DNA from: Camelus dromedarius
Lineage: Eukaryota
Reading direction: 5' to 3'
Length of the DNA: 64,000 nt
Assembly: GCF_036321535.1 (NCBI RefSeq)
Contig: NC_087437.1
Location: 26,104,001 to 26,168,000, forward strand
This document shows positions 27,691 through 40,808 of this stretch, in pieces. Below the pieces are notes generated by a model. The model made no database searches. It was not told the DNA's origin and saw only the letters and a program-made list of their open reading frames with translations. Every line of letters starts with the position of its first letter. Positions within the stretch are counted from its first letter, which is position 1. The position numbers were made by a program, and so were the translations under genes.

Positions 27691-28441
27691 TGTGGCAAGT
27701 TAAAGATGGCCACAAGTATTTTGCCATTTTTCTCCTGCAGAGGTGAAGTGTGTACCTCTCCCCTTGAATCTTAGATGACTCTGACAATTCTAACCAAGAG
27801 AATATGATAAAAAGTGACCCTGTCCCAATTTCTAACTCAGGTCTTAAGAAACAGGCAGCTTCTACTTCTTGTCTGAGCCACCATCTAAAAATCTCACTAC
27901 CTGACTACAGAGACTATGTGAAGACCCTTAAGACTACAGCGGGGGAAGAGGGGGGCCTGCTGAGCCCAGTCTTATCGCCCTTCCCATCAAGGAGCCTGGG
28001 ATGCGAGTAAAGCCATCTTGGACCCTTCAGACCAATGCAATTCAGCCCCCTCCCCGCTGAACAAGAGTGAATGACCCCAGGGACACTACCTGGAGCTGAA
28101 GGATTACCTCACTGATCTCCACCCAAACTCCTGCCCCACCAACTCATGATAGATAATTAAATAGTTGCTGTTTTATTTATTATCTTTTTTCTTTTTTTTT
28201 TAATTGGAGTATAGTTGATTCACAATGTTGTGTTAGTTTCTGGTGCACAGTGTAGTGATCCAGTTTCATATATATATTCTTTTTCATTACAAGTTACTAC
28301 AAGCCATTGAATATAGTTCCCTGTGCTGTACAGTAGCTGTTTATCTATTCTGTATGTAGTAGTTTGTTTGTACCTGCCAATCCCAAACAGCTGCTGTTCT
28401 AAATACAAAGTTTTATGCTATTTTGATAGACAACCAGAACC
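27691..28441 (+). mobile_element. MLT1 LTR inside a MIR, itself carrying an L1 insertion
   Basis: Starts tgtggcaagttaaagatggccacaa; MIR halves at about 27620-27690 and 28455-28580. Confidence 0.7.
28175..28384 (-). mobile_element. LINE-1 3' end
   Basis: Poly(T), then ttaattggagtatagttgattcacaatg...atatagttccctgtgctgtacagtag; TSD aaatagttgctgtttt/aaacagctgctgttct. Confidence 0.85.
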
Positions 28442-31400
28442 GCATTACTATTGTTTTGGTTTCCTCGTCTCTAAAACAGGGACAATAATTACAATGCCCA
28501 CCTTACCAGATTGCTCTGGACTGAAATGAGGTAGTAGCGCTGAGCCCTCAAACGTGGGCCTGGCATACAGTAGGCACTCTGGAAAGGCTGGCTCCTGTCA
28601 GGTTTGAATGACAACTCTGTTAGGTTCTGAGAGAGAGAGGTCCGAGGGTAGGCTCCACGTCGTTTAGTTCTCCAGGCCATTCAGTCCTTTTGCGGTCCTG
28701 TCTCCAACAAGCTCCTTACGGAATACTTGGGTTGAAATGAACCAAGCGTGAAGGACCCAGTCATGAAGCCTTAGAGTTCACTGTTCCACCCTCAACTAGC
28801 TACTGCCTCCCCTCAGACGGGGTATTTCCCATTCTTCAGGTCAGTAGAGGCCGAGCTGGCCCCCGACCCAGCTCCATGCTCACCACTCTCAGCATCCAGC
28901 TCTTCAGCATCTCCCCAAACCCTGCTTCATCCCATCTTCAGCTCCACTCTTGCTACACTTCCTTTGCCCCAAGTGAGCACTCATCTTCTGACAGAACATA
29001 GATTCCATCACAAGCACTTGAGAAACGAGCAAGGTCCCAATTTCCCAAAGGAAGTGCTAGGGAATCCTGGTCCTTCAAGATGGACTACAACAGAAGAGTT
29101 CTGTGGACATGGAAGTTTGCATGACTGATGCCACACATGCTAACTTTCCTTTGACAAGTACAAGTGCATTTGCAAATTAAGAGCCCTGAAGAGCTATGCC
29201 ATTCAGAAGTCTGCTTAACTCTGTCTCATCCTGAGTTGCGTAAACATATCTTGACTGTGCAACACTTTTCTTGTAAAACAAGGTTTCTTGGAAGAAGCAA
29301 CCACTGAGCTGAGTCCTGGAGGAGTGGAAGAGGGAGCAGGTGAAGGAGGCAGAGAAGGAACAGGGAAGACGGTCAACTTGATTTGGCAGAAAGATACATC
29401 AGAGGGCTGAGTTTAAGATCTGGGGGTTTGGGGAGCCTCCTAAGGGCTTTAAGAGAGAGTATATAAGATCAGATTTTCATTTCATAAAGATCACTAGCTC
29501 TCACTTTATAAAGAGCACTGACTCTCACCTTTATTTTTTGGTTCAAGACTTATAGTAAACAAAACATGTTGCATAGTAACCCAGTATCTGTATCCACTTT
29601 ACAAACGTTTCGTAACATGGCTCTTAGTCCTGTTACTTGCAGTGCCCACTGATACTTCCTTCCTTTTGGAAATCACTTTTGAAAAGCTATGCCAATAATC
29701 TAGGCAAGCAAAGCTGGGGACCTGAACTATACAACACCTAAATCTAAGTGTGTCAAGGCCCCTTGTTTTCTCCCCAATTACTTCAAGCGAAGCAGAAGAA
29801 CCTATTCCTAGTTCTTCTGCTAAGGAGCAGTTAACTTACTTAACCTCTGTGTGTGATTTACCTTGTCTCTTGTTACAGGTAAACAGCTGTAATACTATTG
29901 AGGGCAGAATGTCAGTCAGATTCGTACGATTTACTAGGACAGCGCTTGGCACACTGGTGGACATCTTTTGGGTGCTTCTAACACACTTACTGATTGCATT
30001 GCATTGCCCTGAGTTGATGATTCTTCATCCATTGTGGGACGTAGAGTTTAGCAGGCTGAGAAGCAGTAGTAAGCGTCACCTAAGTATTGTGCATGCCTTC
30101 CACAGACGATCAGAGTCACTGCAGAACATCTCCCAGGCCTGTGTTCGTTGGTTCAGGAATGCAGGAACTTTCTGCTGCTTACTCTCCTGCGATCAAACCA
30201 CCAGAGGGTGTGGTCCAGGAGGACCGCCACCATGTTCACGTCCTTCTCCTCTCCCTTCTGCAAGGATCCCTTTCTGTCCCTTCCGGACCTGCCATCTGCT
30301 CTCACTTCTGAGGTCTCCTTCCTACAGGACAGGATGTAAAGTGGGGCTCAGTCTTCACCACCTCCCCCTTGCTATCTCTGAAAAGGAGGGCTCTAGCCTT
30401 TTTGGCATAGGGCTTCACTGCTAAACAAAGAGTGAGCAGCTAACCATCAAGAGTGGGCGTCACAAGAATGACTGCCAGGATCTCACAATGTTTTCTCTAG
30501 TGCCCAGAGCAGTCTGTGGGTGACCCCACCCTTCCTGAGGGTAAATTTCACCAAGCCTCCCTCCCCTCACCATCCCTGTTCCCCAGATTAGGTGTTCTGC
30601 TTCCTGCTTGCAGGTCTAAAGGTACAATGAATAGTAGAACAATAAATGAATTAATCACCCTCCAAGAGTTTGAAATCTCAGGTAGTCAGGGCATTCCAGA
30701 AGGGTGACGGTCCGTCAGTGGTTCCCCGCCTCCGCACAGGAAGTAAGTGACCCCTGGCTTCTCCCTCACAGTTACTCATGTACCAAGTCTTCTTAAAAAC
30801 TGCGGCAGAAAACTGAAGTGTGCCCACAGTATTCTTTACTTACACCTGCTCTCTTAGTAACGGGCAACTCCAGTTGTTAGCCTGTGACGTCCAGGATACC
30901 AGGGCTGCCGACCAGTGGTATTCAAATGCTGTGACGGTAACTTCTACGGCCAAAAAAGTCCCTGAAGAAAGAAAAAGCTGCCCCGTCCCCAGAAGAAAGC
31001 TGCCTCACTCCAAGGTGGCATCTACAAAGACAAACTCCACACTTACGTCCCTAGAAACTTTGTCTTCCTCCCGGGATTATTCTCGAGACTCCCTGCGAAG
31101 CTGGCGGGTTCCAAGGAAAGCTCATTTGCACCTGCTTGGAGTGTTGGAAGACAACTGCAGCAGTGGTAACAGTCCTTGTCTGCTGCTGGCAGGGACACTG
31201 CTGGTTTTCCTTTTCTTCCTACTGCTTGTCTATGTATCTGACTTTTCTATCAAAAAAAAAAAAAAAAGAAAGTCCATATTATTTTGTAACACGAAAAAAA
31301 TCACAACTGTTTGTCGTTCAGAAGGAAGGATGTCCCATTGTATCCATACATTTCACACATAGCGTCAATTCTATTATTTATATGGAAGAGATAATTTTTT

Positions 31401-32639
31401 TTTAATTTCTAAAAGGGAAAATCTATTAGGAAGACAATAGCCTGGGTTTTGTCGGCACAGAATCTTGACTGAAAATCTTCACTCCTCACTGTATTATGCT
31501 GGGACGACCTTGCAAAAGCTACTTAACCTCTCTAAGCCCTAGTGCCTTCACCTATAGCGGACATGATATCTTCTTTACGGTTTGTGCTCAGAACCTTATG
31601 CACACTCAACAAACGTTTGTTGTGTTTCTTCAAACCTGAGGTCTCAGGAAGGGTCTTTATAGAGCAATCAATACACATTTCATAGAATCTGTAGAAGGAA
31701 ACTCAGCGTCCATCCAATCTGACTTCTCTGGGATCCCGTCCATTGCTTCCCTGGTCAAGGGTCCCTGAGCCTTGGCAGAATGCAGCCCACTGCTTCCCTG
31801 GGAATTGGTGGCCAACTCTGTCGTAGGACGAGTCTAACCATGATAATGATGTTACTTGCTTTTTAATTAACTAAAATTTGACTCTGTATGAAATTCTGTC
31901 TACTGTTCTTATGCTAACCTCTAGGCTCTCAGCACAGAACTAGCAGGCTCCCTTTCTATCCAAGTCCTTCAACTGTTAAGTAACACCAGTACTGAGCAGG
32001 GTCATTGCATAACGTAGGGCTTAGTCTAGGCATGGTAAAGACCTTCTCACAGTGACACAAAGCAAGTAAGTAATTGAATCATGCCCCGGGAAGCTGGCAA
32101 AATTTCCAGTAGAAGTCCATCTTTCTGCCTCCTACACGCTCTACCTGCTCTTCTAACTTTGTCCGCTCTGTCTCCAGTCCACTCATCAGTATCTTTCCTC
32201 TCCTCCACCCAACGTCAACCTTTTTTTGCCCTTACCCTTTATAAAGGTAGAGGTTTTTATTCCTGCATGGAAGATGTAGCTGAACAAGTTAATTGGGAAA
32301 ACTGTTTTTGCTAATTCTATCATGCCAGGTAGGGAAGGGGACAGAACTTAATGGAGTAGCAAATATGGAAGTAAAGCAGTAAGACAAAGTAGTTATTCTG
32401 ATTTTGTCCTTTAAAAATTCCTGTAGGCCTGAGCTCAGCAGTACCCAACTAGATCATCAAATCTTATTTTCCTATTGAGGAAAACAGCAGCTCTTTCAAA
32501 TAACTCTTGCATTTCAGGCTTTCAGCAGGAAAGACAAAGACACACTGTGGACCATTAAATACTTGGGAGACATGATTTTAGCTAGGCTGTAACTCAATTT
32601 TACAGTGATTTGGAAAGAGCCTGGGGGAAATATTTCTTG

Positions 32640-33066
32640 ATTTGGGCAGGGGCATGGTCAGATTAAAGGTGCAGAAGTTCCAGATGCTTGTTTGTTCCAG
32701 AAATGTTCGATTGCAACAAGGTTGAGTGTCTTGTCTGTGCTAGTGGATTATTAACAGAGGTTATTGGTCTCCATGGCAAAATGATTGCAATGAACGTAAT
32801 CTTATTTATGAGGGTGCAAAAAAAAAAAAAGGACTTCAGGTCAGGGAGAATGTATAAATGTCCATTGCCATCAAGGTTCGGCTATCTTTGAGAAGCTGAA
32901 GCAACTCCAAGGACACAGTTCACAGGCTGACTTCGTTTCTCAGCTCCAAAATACGGATTGATTTGGGGACAATTACTACGACACTGTGGCTGATAAGTTT
33001 GAAGAGAGCCTGTGAAGAAGGCAGCGAGGGTCCTTGAATCGCAGACCTATATTCTCCTTCCCCAGC
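32640..33066 (+). promoter_or_regulatory. TM4SF4: TM4SF4 proximal promoter and 5' UTR with TATA box
   Basis: TATAAA at 32853-32858, about 210 nt upstream of the ATG; no ATG from ~32880 to the start codon; HNF1-like site 32743-32755; ONECUT-like ATTGATTT 32957-32964; TGATAA near 32990. Confidence 0.7.
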
Positions 33067-33240
33067 ATGTGCACCGGGAGCTGTGCCAAGTGCCTGGGGG
33101 GCACCCTCATCCCCCTCGCCTTGTTTGGCTTACTGGCTAACATCCTGCTATTTTTCCCTGGAGGAAAAGTGATAGACAACAATGACCACCTTACCGACGA
33201 GGTCTGGTATTTCGGAGGAATATTGGGAAGCTGTGTCTTG
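33067..33240 (+). CDS. TM4SF4: TM4SF4 coding exon 1 (aa 1-58)
   Basis: ATG at 33067 in cccagcATGt; encodes MCTGSCAK...GGILGSCVL; donor gtgagt at 33241. Confidence 0.97.
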
Positions 33241-36200
33241 GTGAGTAGGGAAGACTTAAAATCCCCCCAAAGGAGATCTGCACCCCATCCTTTTAAAACT
33301 GGGTACTTACCGAACAGGAAGAGATTTGGTTGCTAATGAAAGCTCACGCTTTGCACGATGAAATGTCAGTGCTTTCATTTTTCCCTTCTCGGTTGGGACC
33401 AGCCAAATGTCCACTAAACTGACTAATAATGAACCCCCAAGCTTAGGCTGGCAGTTCTCATGTGTAGGTTGAATTCCATGAACCAAACAGATGGCGGTGT
33501 AATTTCTTTATTTTAACAAGATAAAGCTAGGGTGCTGGGCGGGGGTGGGGGAGTGAACACACATTTTTCTAGCAAATTGATTGACTGAAAACCACCAAAA
33601 GAAGCAGATGTCTGTGGGTTCCTCGTCCACTCGTGTAGTAATGATTTTATTTACCCCTGGTTTCCAATAGAGGTTGGAACCCTGTGGTTTAGAGACAGAG
33701 AGACTCATGTTTCATGACCACTGAGGACAAGTTTCTTGTCCCTAGCCTAACCCACCGTGTGAATGGGAGCTCAGAGTGTCAGATCTTGACAGCTTGCCTC
33801 CTTGCACCTGCGATTAGGCCAGATGGAACCCTAATACTCAAAACACTCGTCTACCCGCCAGCCATGCTCCGCAGGTTTCCACCATACCCTTATCCATGGG
33901 TGGACGTGGCATCTCACCCAGCCAGGCAGGCGCCAGCCCTTCCCAGACCCGCGCTGAGCTGCTTCTTTTGCCCATAGATGATCTTCCCCGCGCTGGTGTT
34001 CTTGGGCCTGAAGAACAACGACTGCTGCGGATGCTGCGGTAACGAGAGCTGCGGGAAGCGCTTCGCGGTGAGTTCCCTGGGCGCAGCCACCGGAACTACT
34101 CCGGGGTGCACTGCCTCCTTGTGCTGGGCGTGGGGATGCGCACCAGATACCAGCCCCAGGCAGGACTCTGGGGGCAGCTGGTATAGGAATAAAGATGGGA
34201 TTTTTGCTGGTGCAAAGTCACAATGATCATAAATAGTGAAAACCACAATCATACTTAGAGGGTAGAAGTACCATTTAAAATCTGGTGGTGCCATAGGAAA
34301 AAAAAATGCAAGCTGGGAAGGCAGAGATGGTGCAGAACTCTCCCTTTGCCCTAGAGAAGCCCTGAGACCTTGCGCAAATCATTTCCCTTCTCTGGCCGCC
34401 ACATTGCCTCACTTGTAAAAGGCGGTTGGGACACGATAACAGATGGTAACCTCCTCTCCCTGATGGCCCCCTACACTCTCCGTCCACTCCACTGCCAGGT
34501 TCGCGATCAGAGGCTCAGCACTTCCCTACTTCACCCTGACTTTGCCGTGGGACTGTTTTCTTTCTGGTTTCCGGCAGCCATCCATCTTTTAGTGGGCAGG
34601 CTGGAGCGATTAGGCTTCACGGCTCCAAGCAGAATGGGGAGGAAGGCTGGAAGTGGACCCCATTTCCGCCACGGAGGGAGTCGCTGTACTGCTCTCTGCC
34701 TCCCTCTGCTCCCCTGTAAGATGAGGAAGCTGGACTAGATCAGAATTTCCCCAGTATGGACAAGTTCTGCTGGCACACAGCTGTGGTCTTTCAATCACGT
34801 AGAAAGTTATTCTCTTTTTAATTCTCCTTTAATCCTCTGGATTCTATCAACAAAACTCTTATTTTGATGGAAATAAGTATTTACTATTTCTAATCCCTTG
34901 TAATCTCCCTTTCTGACAAAGTGAGAACAAGTCTCCAGCTCCAAGGATGCAAGAAACAGTAACTAGAAATTCAATAATATTGTGTGTGTCTGTTAATGAT
35001 TCCAGTTTTTCATTCATAGAGGTGATAAAAGTGAATAAATTAGAGCGTTGGCTTTAAAAAGATATTGAATTCAGGTACATTGTTGTGGCAAAAATGAAGA
35101 AGGTCGAACTGGAATTACTGGCCCGATGATGAGGAAGGCCAGCTCCTGCTCTGATCTCTGAGGTTCAGTTGTCCATCCAAGAGACTCATGAACCCCAGTG
35201 ATGAATTATGCACTCTCACCTTAACTTCTTAAAGGGAAAGGTGTAGCTATTTGTCCTGAAACCGAATCACTTCTAACATTTCTTTCTCATCATTATTTGC
35301 TCATTTAGTCAACTAAAAAATATGTATTGAGTACATAGGAAGGGCTGAGGCTCATGCATTGCAAGTACAGCGAGGCTTTTCCATGTGAGATCAAAGGCCA
35401 TTCAAAGAGAATGTTTCCACCTGCTTACCACCATCAAGCATTGATTATTACAGCAACATTTAAAATCGTCATTTACAAAGAGATGTGAAAGTTACCCACA
35501 ATTTATTTGATATAATTACTTAATGTGCATTGTATATAATGCTATTTTAATATAATTAATTATAAAGGACAGAAATAAATACAGAACTCACCTTCCCTTT
35601 GAAATGTAATCCCATTATACCTTGCAGATTTGGGAAGAATAAGCTGGAGATGAGAATTTGAGAAAAATTAGCAAATAAGAAAATTGGATGAATTGCTTAG
35701 AAATCTAACAACTCAATCCCTGGTGCTGAGCAGAAGGCTGAAGATTAGCCAATATAAAACAAGGGTCTTTGTTTATTTTTTTTTGTTTTTAGGATTATAT
35801 ATAACACAGTGAGATATAAAATAATATTCAGAGTATCGTGCAAAATGTGTTTTTTAATTAGATGTATGTGAAGTCCAAGAGGAAAGCAGAGAAGTCACAT
35901 TTGTACAAGCACAGTTGAGTCAATAGGAGCTGAAACATTTGGTCTGCCCAACTCAGCTGTCAGATCAGGCGCCCTCACCCCCTGGGAGGGATCTGCCCTT
36001 GGCAGGAGTTGAGAGTGACTCCTTCCAACGACCGGCTGACTGTCCACAAGGGCAGTGCCCAGCAAAGGACCAGCTCTACAGGCTGGAACCCGAGGCACCA
36101 ACCACAGCCACCCTGCACCAGAGCGACCGCATTCTTGGTGGCCAGTGGAAAGATTTCTTGTTTGGGGTCCATTTGTTTGTTAATCAGCTGCCAACTTTTA

Positions 36201-39200
36201 AAAATAGAGAGATTTCACAGAAAGTGTCTAGATCTCTTACTGCTTTTTCAAAAAAATCAGAAATTAACCTGCCACTTCTGGGCCTGCATTTTGACACAAC
36301 AGTGTCCGGCCCTGGTCGGGGCTGAGCTCTTCGCCCCGTCCCTGAGGACCTCGGGGTTCCCGCCCCTGCCTTCGAGCCATGTTTCCCTAATGTTCTGAGG
36401 CTCTGGGCACCAAGCAATAATCATTTTTTAGAGAAAGGTATTTACAAACACTCTGTCAGACAAAAAGAAAAAAAAGCTGCAGGTAATTTGATCGGTATTC
36501 TAATGCTGAAGATTGGAATTATTTTTCCAAAGACTCGCCGCATTGCCCTCTCGGTATTTAAGGAACACTGGGCTTCCCAGGAATGTTGTATAAGAATTCC
36601 TGCAGGTGAAAAGGCCTGTGTGGCAGAAACAGACTAGGCCAAGGGCTGCTGAGCTAAATCCTGCGCTGCCTTCACAGCTTTGTTGTCCATCATTTGTTCC
36701 CTGGCCTCTCTCTCCCCTCTCTTCCCTGCTGTGTCTTTCTGGAATATTCCCCAGAAGTCAGCTGCATCATTCTCGTCCCTTTCCTTGGGTAGTGAAACCA
36801 GGACATCCAAATCAGTCATGGAAGCAGGATGTGATGGCTGTAGAGATAAAGCAAGACAATGAGCTGGAAAAAAAATCTTGAGGTCACTGAATTGATGGTT
36901 TCATACAGTGAAACTGAAAAATGGAGGTGAGCTCTCCTCTGAGGCAGAGCAAGACTGAAACCCAGCCCCAGGCGTCTGAATGCTTTTAAATAAATTAGGG
37001 TAAATGAGAACAGAGAAAACTGAGCCCTGGGCAAAAGTTGTGAGAGGAGGGTGACTTTCAAGGTGGGCTTTGAAAAGCCTCCCTGGGTTTGTTTCTAGGA
37101 CTCAAGCTTTTCCTGCAGTCTAATCCTTGAAAAAAAAAAATCGTTTCTCAGGGTCCAATGGGACAGCTAATTAATGTTATCAACTCTTTCAAGTTAAATA
37201 TGTGCTTTTAATGAGAGCCTTTGGAAGACTTTGACTTTGACTCAAAGGAGTGTCTTTAATAATGAGACAGATAAAGGAGATATTTAGAGGCAGTCGGGCA
37301 TTTCAGCATCCTTAAAGTCTGTCAGGCAGATAAAGGCCCACCCCACCCACAGGCAGGGCCAGATGGTTGACAGACCTGTTCTGAAGGAAGATCTTGGTCG
37401 GGTCATAAATCGGTCTGTTTATTGTAGAGTCAGCGCTTCTCCCCGTGCCTGGCTCACCAGTGCCCCTTAGGGACGCCTCCTGTGTGAGCACATCCGAGAT
37501 CAAGAGCATGACTCTGCCTCTGCCTCTGTGTTCCTCGGAGGACAGCCAGTTTGAAGGGGACTTAAGAAAGACAGTTCTTAGAGAGGAGGGAATAGCTAAG
37601 TGGTAGAGTGTGTGCTTAGCATGCACGAGCTCCTGGGTCCAATCCAGCACCTCCTAAAAGAATAGATTATCTTGAAAGAAGAAATAAAGAATGGAACCCC
37701 TATTTCTTCACTAAAGATTTTCTATGCTTCAAAATCCTCTGCTGTAAAATGGGTCGTGGCAGTTGCTACCTTTCACAAGGACATTGCAAGGACTTGGGGG
37801 AGATGTGGCAGCATCGGTGTGCAGGGAAGGGGAGAGCAGCGGTGAGTGTCTGGGGTAGTGAGGACACACAGGTCCTCGATAAATGCTTGTTGGATAATGA
37901 AGTAAAAGAACACTCAGGAAAGATTTCAGGTGATTTCCATACTTTATCAGGCTCAGTTCTGACAATAACCCTTTGAGGTAGGTGTTAAACTTCTCGTTTT
38001 TCAAATAGGGAAACTGAAGCCCTTGTAAGTTAAGTTTCTGACCACCCCCCACACCAGTCCATCTTCCTGGCTTCCCAGGACTGAAGCAGAAAATACAGGA
38101 GGACATTAACATATAAGTGAAGAAACACTTCAGGTAATCTCTATATATCTCTTAGAGTAGTTGCTGAGAGGAACCTTCATGCCCACCAGAGATGTTTCTC
38201 CAACACGTTGTCACTACTAAGCCTCTAAATACCATGTTTAGGAACTGCCCACTTTTCCTTCCTTCTCAACCCCCGCACCAGCCTGTTTTCTTTTTCTCCC
38301 CAGAGCTAGGCTGTCTGTATTTATGGAAAGTTAAAGTATGTAAAGCTATGACGATTAAACATTATAATAGAACAATGACATTTATCAAGTGCTTGCTAAT
38401 GTCATGGGAAATTACGCAAATCTTGGAAATAGGCAAAAGAGACTTCTGGGTATCCCAACAGTGAAGTGCGAGGCATTATCTAATAGCCTACCCCACCTAG
38501 GGATTACCTGGCTTTCTGGAGACGTGTGCCTCTGATTCCCTATTTACTATTGATTAGACTGTCTTACATAGTATGATCGCTGGGAGACAGGTGGTTATTA
38601 CTGAGCCTTAGTTTATAGAAAAAGAAAGGAGATCTTAGAAAGATGGACTTCCCAGGGTCATGGGGGAGGAACCAGGACTCAAGCAAAGATCTGCCTGCCT
38701 GTACCCCACGCCCCTTGACCACTGCATAGTAGTGTCCTTCTTAACTGTTTATTCATTTAGAACAGGGAAAACATGTCCACATACAGAAACTGCACAGGAA
38801 GCCACACATTCCTGACCCCAAAGTCTGGCAACACCCTTCCCCAGAGGTTCCCAGTGTTCCCAATTATTGTGTCTCCTTCTGGAAATATTCCAGATCTTTC
38901 GCCTATGTACTTTAAAAAAGAGCAGTTTAGAGCGTCTGCTCCCGAACATATTCAACTTGATTTCAATGACTTCTCTTTTATCATGAAAAATTTTATAGCA
39001 TGAAGCCCTTGATAAATTGAAGGTATTCCGTCTGATTTTAAGACTGAAAATATCTCTGAGTAGTAAATTTAGCAATTCTTTAAGACTTCTGATCAGGACA
39101 TTACTTAAAACAAAGGGACATACAGTGTACGTTCACATGGTTCATCCATTCTGGAAGAGTTATGAAAAGTTAGTTGGAGTGTTTATTTATTTTTATTATT

Positions 39201-40769
39201 TTAAGGTGAGATATTGCAGATGTGAACACAAAAACAGGACACGCCACCTGTAGCATTGTAAGTGGTAACCTAGTGCCATGTTTTCTTCAGATAGTTTATA
39301 AAGAAATAAAACATTGTTGTTTCAATTGAGAGTCACTGTGTTGCCTTTCTCTCTTATACTTCTCTCCTTCCTGAGAGTAACCGTAACCATGAATCAGTCC
39401 AGATCATATCCATCCATTTTTCAAAAACATTTACTGCCAAAAATCAATCTTTCAAATGTTCTGGACTATCTTGTCCAATACAGTAGCCACCATTTACTTG
39501 TGGCTATTAAGTATACGGATTGCGGCTAGTCTAAATTGAGATGTATCTTAAGTATAAAATTCATAGCAGATTTCAAAGAATTAGTACAAAAGAAGAATGT
39601 AAAATATCTCATTAGTAATTTTTATATTGATTACATGTTAAAGTGATAATATGTTGGCTATGCTGAGTAAAAGAAAATAAATTAGTAAAATTAATCTCAC
39701 TTTTTAAAAACTTTTTAAGTGGTGGTTACTAGAAAATTTTAAATTGTATCTATGGCTCGAAGTATATTTCCATTGGACACTGCTGGTCTAGAGGGCCTTA
39801 CACTGAGGACTCTGGTAAAAGGGAAAATCATCTCATTGATTTTATTTTAACCTGGCTTTTTTTTCCCAGTTTTCAGTTTTATTAGGTAAATTGATACAAT
39901 TTGACTGCACATATACAATAAACTGCATGTGAATACATATAAATACACTGCACATATTTTTAAAATTTATGTATATGTACTGTTTACTGTTTCTAAGAAC
40001 AATTTAGAGCTTTAGCTTTTTAAAGTTAACATAGTTATCAAAGGAAAAAAAGCCAACTCCAAAATAAAAATCAAAAAAATGCAGTAATCCAGTCATAAAG
40101 GACAGTCAAATGTGCTCAGACATACTCAAGAAATCTGTTATCTAAGTTACAAGAAATAAATAGTTCATTGGTGACCTTCTTTTAGATTCCACACGTAAGT
40201 GATTTAACCTGGTTTTTCATTGACTCAGACTTACCTAAAATGAGGACTGTTTGCATTTGTACTCACTTTTTGTGTCTTTAAACATTTGCCTTTAAATGTT
40301 CCAGGAATGAAACCTAGTATCTTCACTCGTCTCACACAGCAGAAAGCACAGTTGAGGTTTCTCCTCTCACTATAGCCAGTGGATGATGACGTCCTGAGTT
40401 GTAGCTGAAGGGACCTTCTGAAATGCCCACCCTTTTCTTCTGTTTACCACAGGAAGCTGAGGCCAGAGGGGTGGGGGCTTGGGTGACGCCGAGGAGGCTG
40501 GACCTCAGGTCTCCTCTGACTTCCAAACTACCTTCCTGGAAACGCAGTCTTTCTCTCTTCTGTCACAGCAATTTTAGACCTTCTTCCATTTTAACAATCA
40601 GTAGTTTCATGATTCCTGAGTAATAATTAGAACTTAAGGGTAGAAGGTCAAGTAAGTAAAAAGATACTTTTTCCTTACATGTTGTTTTATTTCTGTGAGA
40701 GAACCCATGTCATTCACAGAGAAAACTGTAAATAACAGAGTATATGGTGCTAGTGGCAGCGTGGCGCAT

Positions 40770-40808
<39 letters not shown>

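Noticed and set aside
29750..30424. Longest ORF in the track (224 aa), upstream of TM4SF4
   Set aside because: Starts at GTG, has no recognisable domain, has Ser/Cys/Leu/Arg-rich composition typical of non-coding frames, and has no partner exons. BLASTP or PhyloCSF would be needed to rescue it.
30820..31362. 180-aa ORF with a hydrophobic stretch and poly-Lys
   Set aside because: GTG start; the poly-Lys comes from an A run; no recognised homology
33034..33066. N-terminal extension MNRRPIFSFPS of TM4SF4 in the ORF track
   Set aside because: Begins at TTG; the family N-terminus is MCTG at ATG 33067
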